This document shows, piece by piece, positions 22,730 to 34,791 of a DNA stretch of 64,000 nt. Position 1 is the stretch's first letter. Each line of letters begins with the position of its first letter. Below the pieces are notes generated by a model. That model made no database searches, had not been told where the DNA came from, and saw nothing but the letters and a program-made list of their open reading frames with translations. The stretch is from Octopus sinensis (taxonomy: Eukaryota): positions 41,044,001 through 41,108,000 of the forward strand of contig NC_042997.1 in assembly GCF_006345805.1 (NCBI RefSeq), in the 5' to 3' direction. Both the position numbers and the translations under genes were made by a program.

Positions 22730-25640
22730 TATCTTATTACGGATAATTCGAAAGATAACCGATACCTGGGTAGCAAACTCACAACAGAAAGAACACGGTT
22801 GAAGTTACGACCATAGGGCATATACTCCGTGCCTTAGTGCGGAAATTTGAAGTTTAATTTAATATAATAAGTATAGGAAAGAATGGAGCTGAGCGAAGAT
22901 TTAACAAAATTCCTTTATTTTATTTTCGACATATGTTTCGAAGTCTGCAAAATCCCTAATTCCGAATGAATAAGGAGTCCATTATGCAGCTTCCTCTTCA
23001 GGTAAATCCAGGAACTTCTTTCACCAACAAAATGCACAACAAGTTTTCAGATGACTGCTCACGAGGAACCCATAGCGATAATGATAAATAATGCCTGTTT
23101 ATAGGGGGTGACATCAGATTGGTTGAATGTAAGAGAAGCTGGCAGTTAAAAGAGTTCAAGGTTCAATCAAGGTTGGAGAAGGAAGGAAAAAGAATATTAA
23201 GGTGAGGGAATGTGTACTGTTGGACTGGTGTTTATATTTGATTTATTTTATGAATGAGTGCTCGTATGTATGAGTGTGTATAATTGCCTTAATGTGTGTG
23301 TGTGTGTGTCTGTGAATGCGTGATTGTGTATGTAGAAGGCTGACAGAAAATTAACAGTCAGGAGGTGAAAGGACTGTGTCTGTGTGTTCGAATGTGTCAA
23401 CTTAAGAGGGAGTGGGCAGAGAGCTCACAATAGCAATGACGAGAGACGAGGGGACTACTAGAATTGCTAGCAGCTCTTAGCAATTATGAGAAAATCTTAT
23501 AAACTAAAGGGATGAGATATCACAAATTAATTTTGTAGGAAATCCAGGGGTTATCTATATTAGACTTCATTGGTATGAGTGAAAAGTATGCTTTTTCCAG
23601 TGTAAGCATCTGAAAGATCTCTCGACAATCGAGTTTATTACTTGGCTTCGGGCAAACAGAATATGAAAGAGTTCGAAATTACAGAGGGCACAGATTTTTC
23701 TGCCCTTATCAAACGGTAAGGATACCGACAATATTGACCATTCCAGCGTAAAAGTTGAATTTGCGTTCTTCAAACGCCAGACTAATTAGCTTAGCCCCGT
23801 GGTGTGCTGTTTACTCTTATCTCGGAACGTGGAAAAATGGTTTGAGACCCTTGTGGCTAATTTAGAGGAGGTTGCGCCAATATAGAGGTAGACATCGGAT
23901 CCAGTAGAAATTTTGCACTGGTAAGTGGTGTTTCTAATTTTGGAGTTATTTGATAAGAACCTTAATCTATTGGGATTAGTTTCCGATACTAATACAGCGT
24001 TCTTATTTCTATGATGGGTGAAAAAATTACTGCTGGATTTGGGCACGATACTATTCATCCTATTTTCATTGCTATTTAAGACAATATCACCTGCACATTC
24101 CCTGTTTCTGGGAATGCTGTGATTGTTATTGTCCGTAAAACTACTGTTGTTAAGGACGCTGCTACTATTATTGTTGAGACCCCCTCCGTTAATGTCCTGG
24201 TTAGTGCTCTTATCATTATTACTATTGCTAACGCCAATGCTGGTATGAAGGCTGTTAATATCTGTGCTGTTTCTATTATTATTATTATTATTATTACTAT
24301 ATGCTACGTTGGAATTTGATAGGGCGGTGTCTCTGCTCATGGGTGATGAGACCTTATTTAGCAGCTTATTGTTATGGGAGGCAATTATCTGTGAGAGATT
24401 TTTAGTATTTGAGAAAGCAATCCTTACTTTGTGCGAAATTATAGTGGAGTAATATCTCGAATTTCTGGGAAAATTCCTGGCAATGGCTTGGCGAAACTGT
24501 AAAGGGAGGTTAGATCCGATTTGTTTCCCAAAAGGAATCACAAACCAGATATAGTTTTTTCTGTTCTTGGACTGGCTCGGAGTGTTAACTCTTACATTAA
24601 GGGGGGCATCTCTGTATTGAAGAATGGGTTTTGGCTTACGATGGTCTCCCTTGGACCGCAACTTATTTATGTTAGCTATATTTGTGTCGACATTGCTAGA
24701 GCTACCATCACTACTTATATTATTTATATTATTGTAAGTTAACTTATCCTGATGAGCAAATACTGGTTTCGGAAGGGCCGGGTCGATATATGCTACCTTT
24801 TCCCTATAACCGGATTTTGACAGGGCGGCATTATAGAATTCCGCTTTTTGCTTAAAAATGTCGACGTTGACAGATAAATTTGATAATCTTAAAGAAATAT
24901 TTTTAACTAAATTATCTGTGATAGTTTTTGCGTGGTTACTGGAGATACTGACATATTTTAGGTTTGTGGAAGGTTTATGGTAGGGGCAGTAAGAGTTGCT
25001 ATGCAGATTTAGGGTAACATCTAAGAAATTGGCCTTAGTTAGTTAGTGGTCGAAAACTATGTTCATGCCCATCCTACTAAAGAACCTAGCTAATCTATTT
25101 TTAGTTTTCTGTATCCTTCTGTTCGGGGCATCCTGTAGGTAAAAAAGACAATCGTCTCGATATAGACCGCCGCAGATGTCCGGGAATTGGTCGGCTAATT
25201 CATAGAGAATATAGATTCCGACCAAATCGGCTATCTGAGCGCTATCTGGGCGCTATCTGAGCTTCCCATTGGCACATCGAACTCGTTGGGAGTATCCTTA
25301 CGGACCCATAACTTATCTTCAAACTGTATAAAGGATTTTCTAGCCACTAGAATTATATTAATTTCCTCCCTTGTGAGGCCTGCCTTATTATGCGCGTGCC
25401 ATAGGGCCTTATTGAGTACACTAGGGTTTATCGAGGGGTAGAAATTAGCAATATCGAACTGAATGAACTTAGTGCTGTTTTTATTAGAAATGGAAGAAAA
25501 CCAATTTACGACTTGCGTGGAGCTGGCCCAAAGGTTAAGCTTAAGCTTATTAACTAATATAGGTAAGTCGCAAATTGGTTTATTATTATTTCTCTTTATC
25601 ACAGGTTGTGTAGGAGTTCCTGGAGGCTTGCATTGTGGGA
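22730..25640 (-). mobile_element. Penelope-like retroelement (RT plus GIY-YIG endonuclease), 5'-truncated and frameshifted
   Basis: FIQFDIANFYPSI, FDVPMGSSDSAQIA, GLYRDDCL and NFLDVTLNL RT motifs; TYQCKI...YIGATS...RVSNH and WSIL...CALCNFE GIY-YIG motifs. A short internal duplication at 25231-25262 breaks the frame. Confidence 0.92.
22920..23008 (-). ncRNA. Hammerhead ribozyme motif at the 3' end of the Penelope element
   Basis: Minus strand: CTGAAGA-G-GAAG-CTGCA...(TCCTTATTC/GAATTAGGGA hairpin)...TGCAG-A-CTTC-GAAAC-ATAT-GTC. Palindromic stem III (ACATATGT) and a GUC site; stem I is weak. Confidence 0.7.
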
Positions 25641-25679
25641 GTTCCTGGACACTTGCTCATTCTAATGTCGACCCTCCAG

Positions 25680-26120
25680 TTTGTGGCCAAAGCTTACTCT
25701 TGCCCTGCCAATATAGTGTTCTCGGTCTCTTTCTTTAGAATTCCTTTCATCAGCCAATCCCACCTATTTTTTGTTATATGGAAATTCATCGTGTTCTCCC
25801 TTCTTGCGCCATTCTTCTTAATTTCTTTTTATGTTTCTTCCTTCGTTTTTCCTGCTTTCAATACTCCCTCATTCCTAACTGTCACTAGTAAGGTTTCCTT
25901 ACTTTGGGTTCGGTATCTCATTAAGCCTTCGAGTTCGAAACGCACGCAGTTTCCCACGCTTATCAGTCCCTTTTCTCCATTCGCTCTCTTCGTGTATCGG
26001 CGATCAATGTCTGCACGTGGATGATGGGCTCCATACATCGTTAGGACCTGTCTTGACTTCCTGTCCATCTCCTTTAGCTTCTCTGTCCACTTTAGTTTTC
26101 CAGCTTTCAAACCAATATTT
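25680..26120 (-). mobile_element. R4/Dong-like non-LTR retrotransposon fragment
   Basis: LKWTEKLKEMDRKSRQVLTMYGAHHPRADIDRRYTKRANGEKGLISV, the same region as in 8924-9226. Confidence 0.8.
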
Positions 26121-26309
26121 TGTTCACTCGCCAAAAGTGCTCTCTTTTTCTCTTTTCCTTCATGTCGTGGTGTTTGATTCCATCTGTGTTTGTGTGAGTG
26201 TGAGTGAGAGAGAGAGTGTGTTTGGGGGGGGGGCATTGTAAACGATGAATGAAATGAACATGAAATGAAAAAATCGTGTAAATAAATGGACATAATAAAC
26301 GGAATAATA

Positions 26310-26523
26310 CAGGTTTCAAATATTGGTACGTGACCAGCAGATTCGGTGTAGGGGGTTACGTTGATTACATTGACCCAGAGCTCAACTTTCGCTTATTTTA
26401 TCGACACAGAAATGATGAAAAGCAAAGTCAATCTCGGCGGAATTTGAACTCAGAACGTAAAGACAGACGAAGTACTGCAAAGCATTTCTCCCGGTCTGCT
26501 AACGATTCTGCCAGCTTACCGCC
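26310..26523 (-). mobile_element. tRNA-derived SINE
   Basis: Reverse complement of the family at 48887-49088. Confidence 0.8.
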
Positions 26524-27178
26524 TAATTTAAGGATTAATAGTGATAAGTTTTCATAATGGTCTAATGAGAAATTGAAATCATCACATCACTAAATGCATA
26601 TGAAAATCTATTCAATTTGACAGTGCCATAATAACATTTGAGAGAAGTAAATTGCTTATATTCTATGACACAGATATGTAGGGTATGTCATTGAATATTT
26701 GAAGATTCTACAGCCACCGCTCCAACGTAATGTATGCAAAGAGGTATGTACCAGTAATATCCCCCTTGTTTTTCTGCTTCTCGATCTACTCAGCCTGTCT
26801 GCAGAATGTTTACGAAAACGTGGTTTTAACGATATTACAATAATGAACTCAACTCTCCAAAGTAATACATTCTTTTATAACGTTTCCATAAATGAGTCAA
26901 ATTATTTGCCGTTGAACGAGATGGACTCATTCCTGGAGGACTCAAACGGGAGAATAGGTTGCATTACCTTTTCATAAATCATTGTAATTACAAACACACA
27001 CACACAGAACAGTCATAATGGAACAGACATAGAAATACATACACATACACACTCACCACCCCCACCCCCACCAGAGTGGTCGTATTTAAACAGACAGAAA
27101 GTCTCTCACAAAAATTACTTCTTCTCATCCTGCTATTTCTACTACTGTAAAACTCATTTAAAACATTTGCTCGCTCAC

Positions 27179-27321
27179 CATCATCAATGCCTTTGCTCTG
27201 TTCTGCATTGTAACATTGAGACATGTCTGGTTCTTGCCAGATACCAGTAAACGGTGAACACTTTTGTGATGACAGGTTTTGACTTGATGCCATTTCTGGA
27301 TGCCCCATCGTTCTGGAAGAA
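27179..27321 (-). CDS. Exon, second half of the HRM domain: (C)SSRTMGHPEMASSQNLSSQKCSPFTGIWQEPDMSQCYNAEQSKGIDD(G)
   Basis: tttttcag|T...G|gtgag, 143 nt, phase 2 to 1. G.W..PD.S.C is the HRM C-terminal signature. Confidence 0.88.
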
Positions 27322-28116
27322 CTGAAAAAATAAATGTTAAATATTATCAGTCGAGTTTATTCATTCTGAGGAGAATTTCATCAGTCTCAGAGGAATATAA
27401 GAAACCTTCGATCTGGTCGTGATTTGAACTCATAATTTAGTGAAAGAAGGATAAATGGTGTCTTGTATTTGGGGGAGAAATCTATTATTTACTCCTGAAC
27501 CCTATCCTCAAAACTAATGTCAGATATTTTCTAACTAGAGTTCAGATATAAAAATAATATTCCTGCATCAGTTTTTATTTACAATAATTTGTTGTTTTTT
27601 ATGATTATTCAATACAAGATTAGTTGGAACGGTGTAGGTGATGCAGAATTAAGGAGCCAAGTTGTTAGTTCAAGTTGAATGGGGGAATTAGTTGCTAATA
27701 TTTCGACACCATAGACATCAGTAGCAACAGTGGCAGCAATGGATTTATGTATATTTTCCTACATATGCACAGATTTGAGTGATTCCACCAGTTGGTTTTG
27801 TCTTAAAACTAATGAAGCTCAGCCTCTGTGAGGAACAATTTAGATGCTTAACCTGTGGAATGACGTGGTAGAAATGAGAGAAGAGAGACCGTGTTACATA
27901 GTCTGTGACGAGTGAAATCCCAGGATCACCATCATGTACTAGCAAGATATATAGCTCTAAGGTAATCATAAAATTGAATAAATAGTATTAGCCTGAAACC
28001 AACAGAATCACTGATAGATTCTATTGACTGTATCTAGGTATGTGCTTTCTTTCCTACAATTATTTTGTGAAATTCTGGAACTTACAAGAATCTTTAAATC
28101 TTTGAATAATGCTGAT

Positions 28117-28505
28117 TTCAAATTTTAGCACAAGGCCAGCTATTTGGGGCGGGGGTAGTTCGATTACATAGACCCCAGTGTTTAATTGGTACTTATTTTA
28201 TCGATCCCGAAAGGGTAAAAGACAAAGTCGACCCTGGTGGCATTTGATCTCAGAATGTAAAGTCAGAAGAAATGCTGCTAATCATTTTGTCCGGCATGGT
28301 AACTATTCCACCAGGTCAGCACCATAAAGCCTTGTCTAATATTGGTTTCAAATGTTGGCACAAGGCCAGCAATTTCAGGGGAAGGGATAAGTAGTTTACA
28401 CTAACCCCAGTGCTCAAATGGTATTTATTTCATCGAACCGAAAAAATTAAAGGCAAAGTCGACCTTAGCGGAATTTGAACTCAGAACATAAAAAACGAAT
28501 GAAAT
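28117..28505 (-). mobile_element. Two adjacent tRNA-derived SINE copies (about 28117-28305 and 28345-28505)
   Basis: Both match the 48887-49088 family in reverse orientation. Confidence 0.8.
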
Positions 28506-28744
28506 GAAAGCTTTGTATAATATTGGCGACAAAGCAAACTTAGGTAGTTAGGACAAGGCTAAATTATATCAAATAATGTATAAAATGTAAAAATGCTGGG
28601 ACAAGAGATTGCAACCGATAGACATTTAATTCTATCTTGTTAATCTATAAAGCTGTTATCTGCTCTACCAAGTAATATTCTCTCACAATAGGATGACGCT
28701 GAAAACTTCAAACTTTGAGTAGAAATAAATCAATACAAACGAAC

Positions 28745-28859
28745 CAATTCCTGGTGGCTACATATGCATGACATGGGATCTCTGCAGTAGTTCCTATTTT
28801 TGTCATTGGCCAAGAAAAAGCTCGATTGTTAGTTGATGTTGTGCTTTCATCACAAACCA
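28745..28859 (-). CDS. Exon, first half of the HRM domain: (M)VCDESTTSTNNRAFSWPMTKIGTTAEIPCHAYVATRN(C)
   Basis: ttctttttcag|TG...TG|gttcgt, 115 nt, phase 1 to 2. C...WP.T..G.....C....A.R.C is the HRM signature of secretin and adhesion GPCRs. Confidence 0.9.
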
Positions 28860-28895
28860 CTGAAAAAGAAGCAAAATATGGATATGAGAGAAGCC

Positions 28896-28896
<1 letters not shown>

Positions 28897-28936
<40 letters not shown>

Positions 28937-28950
28937 CAGCAGCAGCAGTA
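28897..28950. repeat. (TAG)n/(CAG)n microsatellite
   Basis: Directly visible. Confidence 0.95.
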
Positions 28951-29400
28951 GTTAACGTTGGAAATAAATTGTTTTGGACCACCTGCTGGCTGATTTGAGG
29001 ACAATGATACATGAAGTGTTACAAACATATACGGAGAGCATATATATTTATTCAAAATAGACAGATTTCTAGTTTTTCATTTAGTAGTTTAGAAAGAGAT
29101 AAATGATTTAGAAATGAATTACAATCCCTTACAACACAAGGACCCCCGACCCAACCAGGCTCCATGCAATTCTTGGAAGTGTAGTCTATTCTTAACTAAA
29201 ATGGCGACAATATGAATTTCTCCATCTTCTTGCTCTCTTAAAATATTTGAGAAAAATTACATTAAAGTGTCCTACTTATTAAAATTCTCTTTCTTTATTT
29301 ATGCAGCTGAAGATGGCATTGCATTTAAATTGATGTAATGTTTGTATTGTTCAATTAGATTTAGCCGCTTGAAACTGCATAACTACTTGATATCCTGTAG

Positions 29401-29462
<62 letters not shown>

Positions 29463-30160
29463 ATATTTACTTATATATTCTTAAAAAATAATAAATAAAA
29501 TAGAAATATAGGTGTGTGCATATGTATATATATATTTTATATTTTCTCAAGCAATATAACTGATTACGGGATATGACTACTCAGAATGCTAGTCTGTTTC
29601 GCGGCCTCTAGTGTTGGATTTCGTCAATATATTGATCACTCTTTAGACATACTGACCGGAAGCGCAAAACCTAATGTACGCTAGAAATAGGTAGATGTTA
29701 TATTGATTTGGCGATGGTAAAAGGAAATGAATAGAAACGACGTGAAAATATATCATTTTTCGGCAATGGGATATGATTTGTTCCTCTTTTATATCTCTTA
29801 GAGATGAGTTAAAGCGTATTAGCTGTGTGTGTATCTATCGATCCTAATTCAAAAATTAATATGATCACTTCGAACAAAATGAATTTTCACCGAGGAAAAT
29901 TATTTGCAACATTAAATAATTTTCCTGTTTGAATTAAAGAAAGTACTGGAATTGTGTGAATTATTCTGCCCAGTAGAGTCTGCATCTTCTACTTCTATAC
30001 AAAATAAGAAGAAAACATTTTTGCCCTTGGTTAATTGGTATAATTAAAAAGAAACTGAGAAAAGACAAACAGTTCCGTAGGGTCAAGAAACGGTAAAGCG
30101 CAAAATAAAATGCTGTCTTTTTAAAATTATCCAAGCTTTGAGAAAATGTAAATAAATAGT

Positions 30161-30209
<49 letters not shown>

Positions 30210-30337
30210 GAGAGAGTCTATGTGCTTGACATCATCTACTGTGGTTGATGATGACGACAACGGCGAAGAGTTTGGTGATTGATGAAGCTAATTATGACGG
30301 TAATGATGACAAAATTAATAAGAAACACGATACTTAC

Positions 30338-30492
30338 TTTCATCAATGAATTTCATGTGGCTTTGCGGAACTCCTAAGTTAAGCAATGCCTGGGATTTGT
30401 TCAAAAGTTTAGAGATATTGCGCCGCAGTTGACTTTCAGTCATTTCGCTAAATACTGTACAGTAAATAGCAAATATTTTATTTCTGTTTGAG
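30338..30492 (-). CDS. Exon, SEA-like part 3: (G)SNRNKIFAIYCTVFSEMTESQLRRNISKLLNKSQALLNLGVPQSHMKFIDE
   Basis: ttttatttcag|C...A|gtaagt, 155 nt, phase 2 to 1, open frame that matches both neighbours. The domain label is an inference. Confidence 0.85.
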
Positions 30493-30621
30493 CTGAAATA
30501 AAAATAAATACATACATGTATGTCGGTATGTATGCATGTATGTAGCTAGCTAGCTAGATAGATAGAAATAAACATACATTGATACGCACGTCCAGACCAA
30601 TCCTACGCACTAATACTCTCT

Positions 30622-30660
<39 letters not shown>

Positions 30661-30893
30661 ATACATACTAATACATACACCAACCCTATACATACACACA
30701 TCCAGACCCCTCCCACGCACTTTTAGCTGGTCCCTCAACCCTTTTATCAACCCTATTATCTCCCCTTATTTCGCTCTCGCGTCTCATGTTTGATCTTTGA
30801 CCTCTGGCCGAAATCAGATCGCCATGTTGATTCGTTAGCTACTGCACGCATTTTTTTTCTCTCCTTCTTTCTGTGTTTTTCTCTCTCTGTGTA

Positions 30894-30931
30894 TCTTTCT
30901 GTTGAAGAGCGTAGGCTCGAAACGTTAAAGA
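30894..30931 (+). ncRNA. Hammerhead-like motif with variant core (TTGAAGA); related degenerate reverse copies near 20015-20050, 35378-35410 and 38095-38135
   Basis: TCTTT..G-TTGAAGA-GC-GTAG-GC-TC-GAAACGTT-AAAGA. C3 of the core is replaced by T. Confidence 0.4.
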
Positions 30932-31028
30932 CTTGTTTTATTTATATTTCCTGAGCGCCATACTAATACAATTGTTCGTTTGTTTTCCACCTGCCTTCGT
31001 CTTTTGTTTATTTTCATAAAGCTTCCCG

Positions 31029-31068
<40 letters not shown>

Positions 31069-32021
31069 TCGTTTAAAAGCTGCCCTATTGATCCTTGGGC
31101 CCAACAATGACACCATGCATTGAGTACATATTAAATTTCATGAAACATGAATGTTTCTCAAGCAATGAACAATTTTCTTCAAAGCAATGATATAATTTGT
31201 CGGTCGAAACTTATTGCAAAGCTTCATGATAAACCAGAGTACCACCACCATCATCACCGTATCTGCCATACACACGCCATCCAGACTTCTGACGCCATCA
31301 CCATCAATACTTTTCATCACTTTCCCCTCCACCACTATCACCACTGTCTTTCACATCGCTTTCTATCACTATATTCAAATATAGCTTAGAATTGGATCAT
31401 CATAGCTACAATAACCGCATTCAGTATGGTTGAGAACAGAATTAGTGAAGGCGGCTAGAATTATAAGCGGGTGACTAAAAGTTGGTCTTAAGAACATATT
31501 CGTCCAGTACCGTGGCTTGCCCTCTTTAGAATGTAAGAAATCCACATGGTGGTCTTCCCACCATGTATAAATTTTTATATACATTTTATATATATATATA
31601 TATGTAATTTCCTGGTTGGTTTTAAATTGCGTGTTAGCCACCTTAAATATTTTATAATCTTCACATTGCCATTTTGTGAAATCAATCCCTAATTCTATGG
31701 CATTCTCAATGATACTGACAGGTGTGAGTTAGCCTCCAGCAGCCGTAATGGAGTGAGCATTGCTGATGAGTATTAACTTCCTATAAGAAATTAGCATGCT
31801 AATCTAATCCATCTGGCTTACCGTGGGGAATGTCGTCCCCCCTGCCAATGCAAAGAGACCATATATCTTTTTGTGGCTAAGGAGTTTATGACTGATATTT
31901 CTAACAATGTTGGTGCTCATTGCACTCTTTTCACACTTAGTGACTGTGAATTATTTCCCTGCTGGTTTCAAATTGCAGATAGCCACCTTAATTTATATAC
32001 ACACACCCATATATGTGTGTG

Positions 32022-32081
<60 letters not shown>

Positions 32082-32103
32082 CGTATGTATAGGTGTGCGT
32101 GTT

Positions 32104-32138
<35 letters not shown>

Positions 32139-32221
32139 ATATAGATGTATATATATATATATACATATATATATAACACACACACACATATATATATATA
32201 CACATATATATATATATTTAC

Positions 32222-32272
<51 letters not shown>

Positions 32273-32368
32273 CATATATATTATATACATATATATATAT
32301 ATGTTATATATATATATAATACTATAATACATATATATATATATATATATTATATATTATATATAATA

Positions 32369-32457
<89 letters not shown>

Positions 32458-32459
<2 letters not shown>

Positions 32460-33514
32460 ATACGAGGTCAGTTGTGGAAAATGTGCCATGACCCAGTTTC
32501 GGTGGTTTGGAGTCGGAGAGTCTGAGAAGGAAGTTATTGCGCTTTGTTCTGTCATTTTTAGGGAAACTTAATGAGTTAGGAAGTGACATTTTGGCCCTTA
32601 CGCTCAGGGAAAGTTTAAGGAAAAAAATAAAAATGCTACCCTTTATAATTGCGGCTGGCAATTGGTTTTGTTGGTCAGTTTTGCCTGAGACAGGTCATTT
32701 TGGCGTGAGAGTTGGCCTGGGACAGTTCAGTTGGCTAGAGGTGCAGTCGGGAGAGGCAACAACAAGGTTGACAAGCGTGGCGAGAAGGACAGACACAGAG
32801 GATGGAGGACTTGTCAATAGAGAGAAAGTGAGGGAGATTACGGCGAGAAGGTATGGCTATTTGTAGTGGGAGTTTTTGTGATGATTCAGGGAGTGTTGCA
32901 GACGAGAAAACATACGGTAATGTTTTGTTTATGTTTTCGTTGTTGAATTTTGGATGGTGATGTGCGTCGAAAGAAAAGAGAAAAGAACTTGTGAGTTGTG
33001 TTAAAAAACAGAAAGACTGACAAAAAGGAAAAAGAATTGTGTCAAAAAAAGGGACTGTGGAAAAGAAAGAAAAAGAAGGGAAAAGAACATTGTGACGTAA
33101 ACTGTAATCTGTTGTAAAAAAAGAATTGTTGAAAAAGAATAGGAAAGACTTTAATGTGGACGGTTTTCGAACTCTATTGTGTTGAACATTAATGTGGATA
33201 GTTTTCGAACGTCGTGTATTGTGCATGCATGGATTATTGTTGCTTTTTCTCTGTATTTTCTTTAACGTATCTGATATGTATTACGTTGCATTTGATGTTG
33301 TAACAATTGTATAAACTGTTGTTAAATGTAAGCAACTGCCTTCCGCCATGTCTTTCTCTTCCTGTTGTTGTTGTTGTTGTCTCCGGTCACAGGTCTGTGT
33401 TCGCTGCCATCCCAAACCGTTTGCTGTGGCGGATTCCGTTTGACTGAGCGTGATCGTCGTCGTCGCTCGACTTAGGGTCCCGAGTTCGAGGTGAGCGACG
33501 GCAGGTTCGTAACA
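32458..33514. mobile_element. Probable solo LTR (1057 bp) inserted in a (TA)n tract
   Basis: TG...CA termini with an imperfect inverted repeat (TGATACGA...TCGTAACA), ATAT on both sides, and absent from the duplicate copy near 18800-18880. Confidence 0.75.
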
Positions 33515-33527
33515 ATATATATGTATG

Positions 33528-33599
<72 letters not shown>

Positions 33600-33852
33600 T
33601 CAATGTGAGGATAAAATTCTTTTCGAAAAAAAAACATTTTCTCGAAAAAAATTTTATCAATGGCCAGCATATTAAAAAATACCTTTAACGGTTAAATTTA
33701 TAAACAATTCATAAATGAGGGCAAAGGAAACAAAATTCTAATGCCAAATATGCCGAAAAATTGGACATATTGTCCATTAACCATATAATTTTTTCACAAT
33801 ACGCACGCTACTCGAAAAAAGGCTGACAGAAATTTCTAAAAAATTCCATTAT

Positions 33853-33910
33853 TACCATATCGGACCGATTTCAGAGTTAGCTACTAAGAGCCCTCTCTTC
33901 GTCAGTAATA
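33853..33910 (-). ncRNA. Type I hammerhead ribozyme (minus-strand copy)
   Basis: TATTA-CTGACGA-AGAG...CTCT-GAAA-TCGG-T-CCGA-TA-TGGTA. Confidence 0.75.
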
Positions 33911-34243
33911 CATGTTTTTTTCCTTTGCCCTCATTTATGAATTGTTTATAAATTTAACCGTTAAAGGTACTTTTTAATATGCTGGCCATTGATGAAATTT
34001 TTTTCGAGAAAATATTTTTTTTTCGAAGAGAATTTTATCCTCACATTTGATATAAATTTAAGCGTTCACTCCCGAACTAACTAACTCACTCTGTGAGAGC
34101 CTCACTTCAAATCGCACGTGCCTCGAATGGGCTGGAGTATTTCTATTTTGGATGTATTTAGGGTACTTCGTTGTGCCCATGACTTAGTATTTGCTTCTTC
34201 CTTGGGTGCGAGTAAGTATCTCATTTATATCTTTTACCACATG

Positions 34244-34301
34244 TATCACTGACGAAGAGAGGGCTCTTAGTAGCTAACTCTGAAATCGGTCCGATATGGT
34301 A
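34244..34301 (+). ncRNA. Type I hammerhead ribozyme (plus-strand copy)
   Basis: TATCA-CTGACGA-AGAG...CTCT-GAAA-TCGG-T-CCGA-TA-TGGTA: complete core with stems I, II and III; predicted cleavage after AUA at 34296. Confidence 0.8.
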
Positions 34302-34452
34302 ATAATGGGATTTTTTAGAAATTTCTGTCAGCCTTTTTTCGAGTAGCGTGCGTATTGTGAAAAAATTATATGGTTAATGGACAATATGTCCAATTTTTCG
34401 GCATATTTGGCATTAGAATGTTTTTCCTTTGCCCTCATTTATGAATTATATA

Positions 34453-34526
<74 letters not shown>

Positions 34527-34738
34527 ATATATATACACATATGTATATATAGTTCTCTCAGTATCTTTATATGGGTGATAAAACACTTAAGCATTTCATC
34601 GAATGTATGAATTAGTATATTGTGGGTCACAAGTACAACACTGTTGATTATTGAGACGTATAATACATGCGATAAAATCGAATGTGTGGAACAAAGGCAA
34701 ATAAAATTTGAATAAATATGTTAGAAGCTTTTGCTTAC

Positions 34739-34791
34739 CCACAGTGTTCAACTCTGAAATTTCCCGTTACGGTTGAAAACTCATGCTCCAT
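34739..34791 (-). CDS. Exon, SEA-like part 2: MEHEFSTVTGNFRVEHC(G)
   Basis: tttgcag|ATG...GG|gtaag, 53 nt, phase 0 to 2; splice sites conserved in the duplicate at 19393-19445. Confidence 0.85.

Larger units (their letters stand above)
33598..34447. mobile_element. Non-autonomous Penelope-type (pLTR/retrozyme-like) element with inverted and partial tandem repeats
   Basis: 33598-33730 is the reverse complement of 33920-34052, and 33735-33914 is the reverse complement of 34239-34420. Flanked by (TA)n on both sides; contains two hammerhead motifs. Confidence 0.8.

Noticed and set aside
29298-29392. Hammerhead-like CTGAAGA...GAAAC with a flanking TTATGCAG/CTGCATAA stem
   Set aside because: No stem III or cleavage triplet between GAAA and stem I; at most a dead remnant.
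31822-31841. Possible 20-nt micro-exon (cag|GGGGGACGACATTCCCCACG|gtaag)
   Set aside because: Exons 34739-34791 and 30338-30492 already join in frame; inclusion would shift the frame, and the duplicate differs in length.
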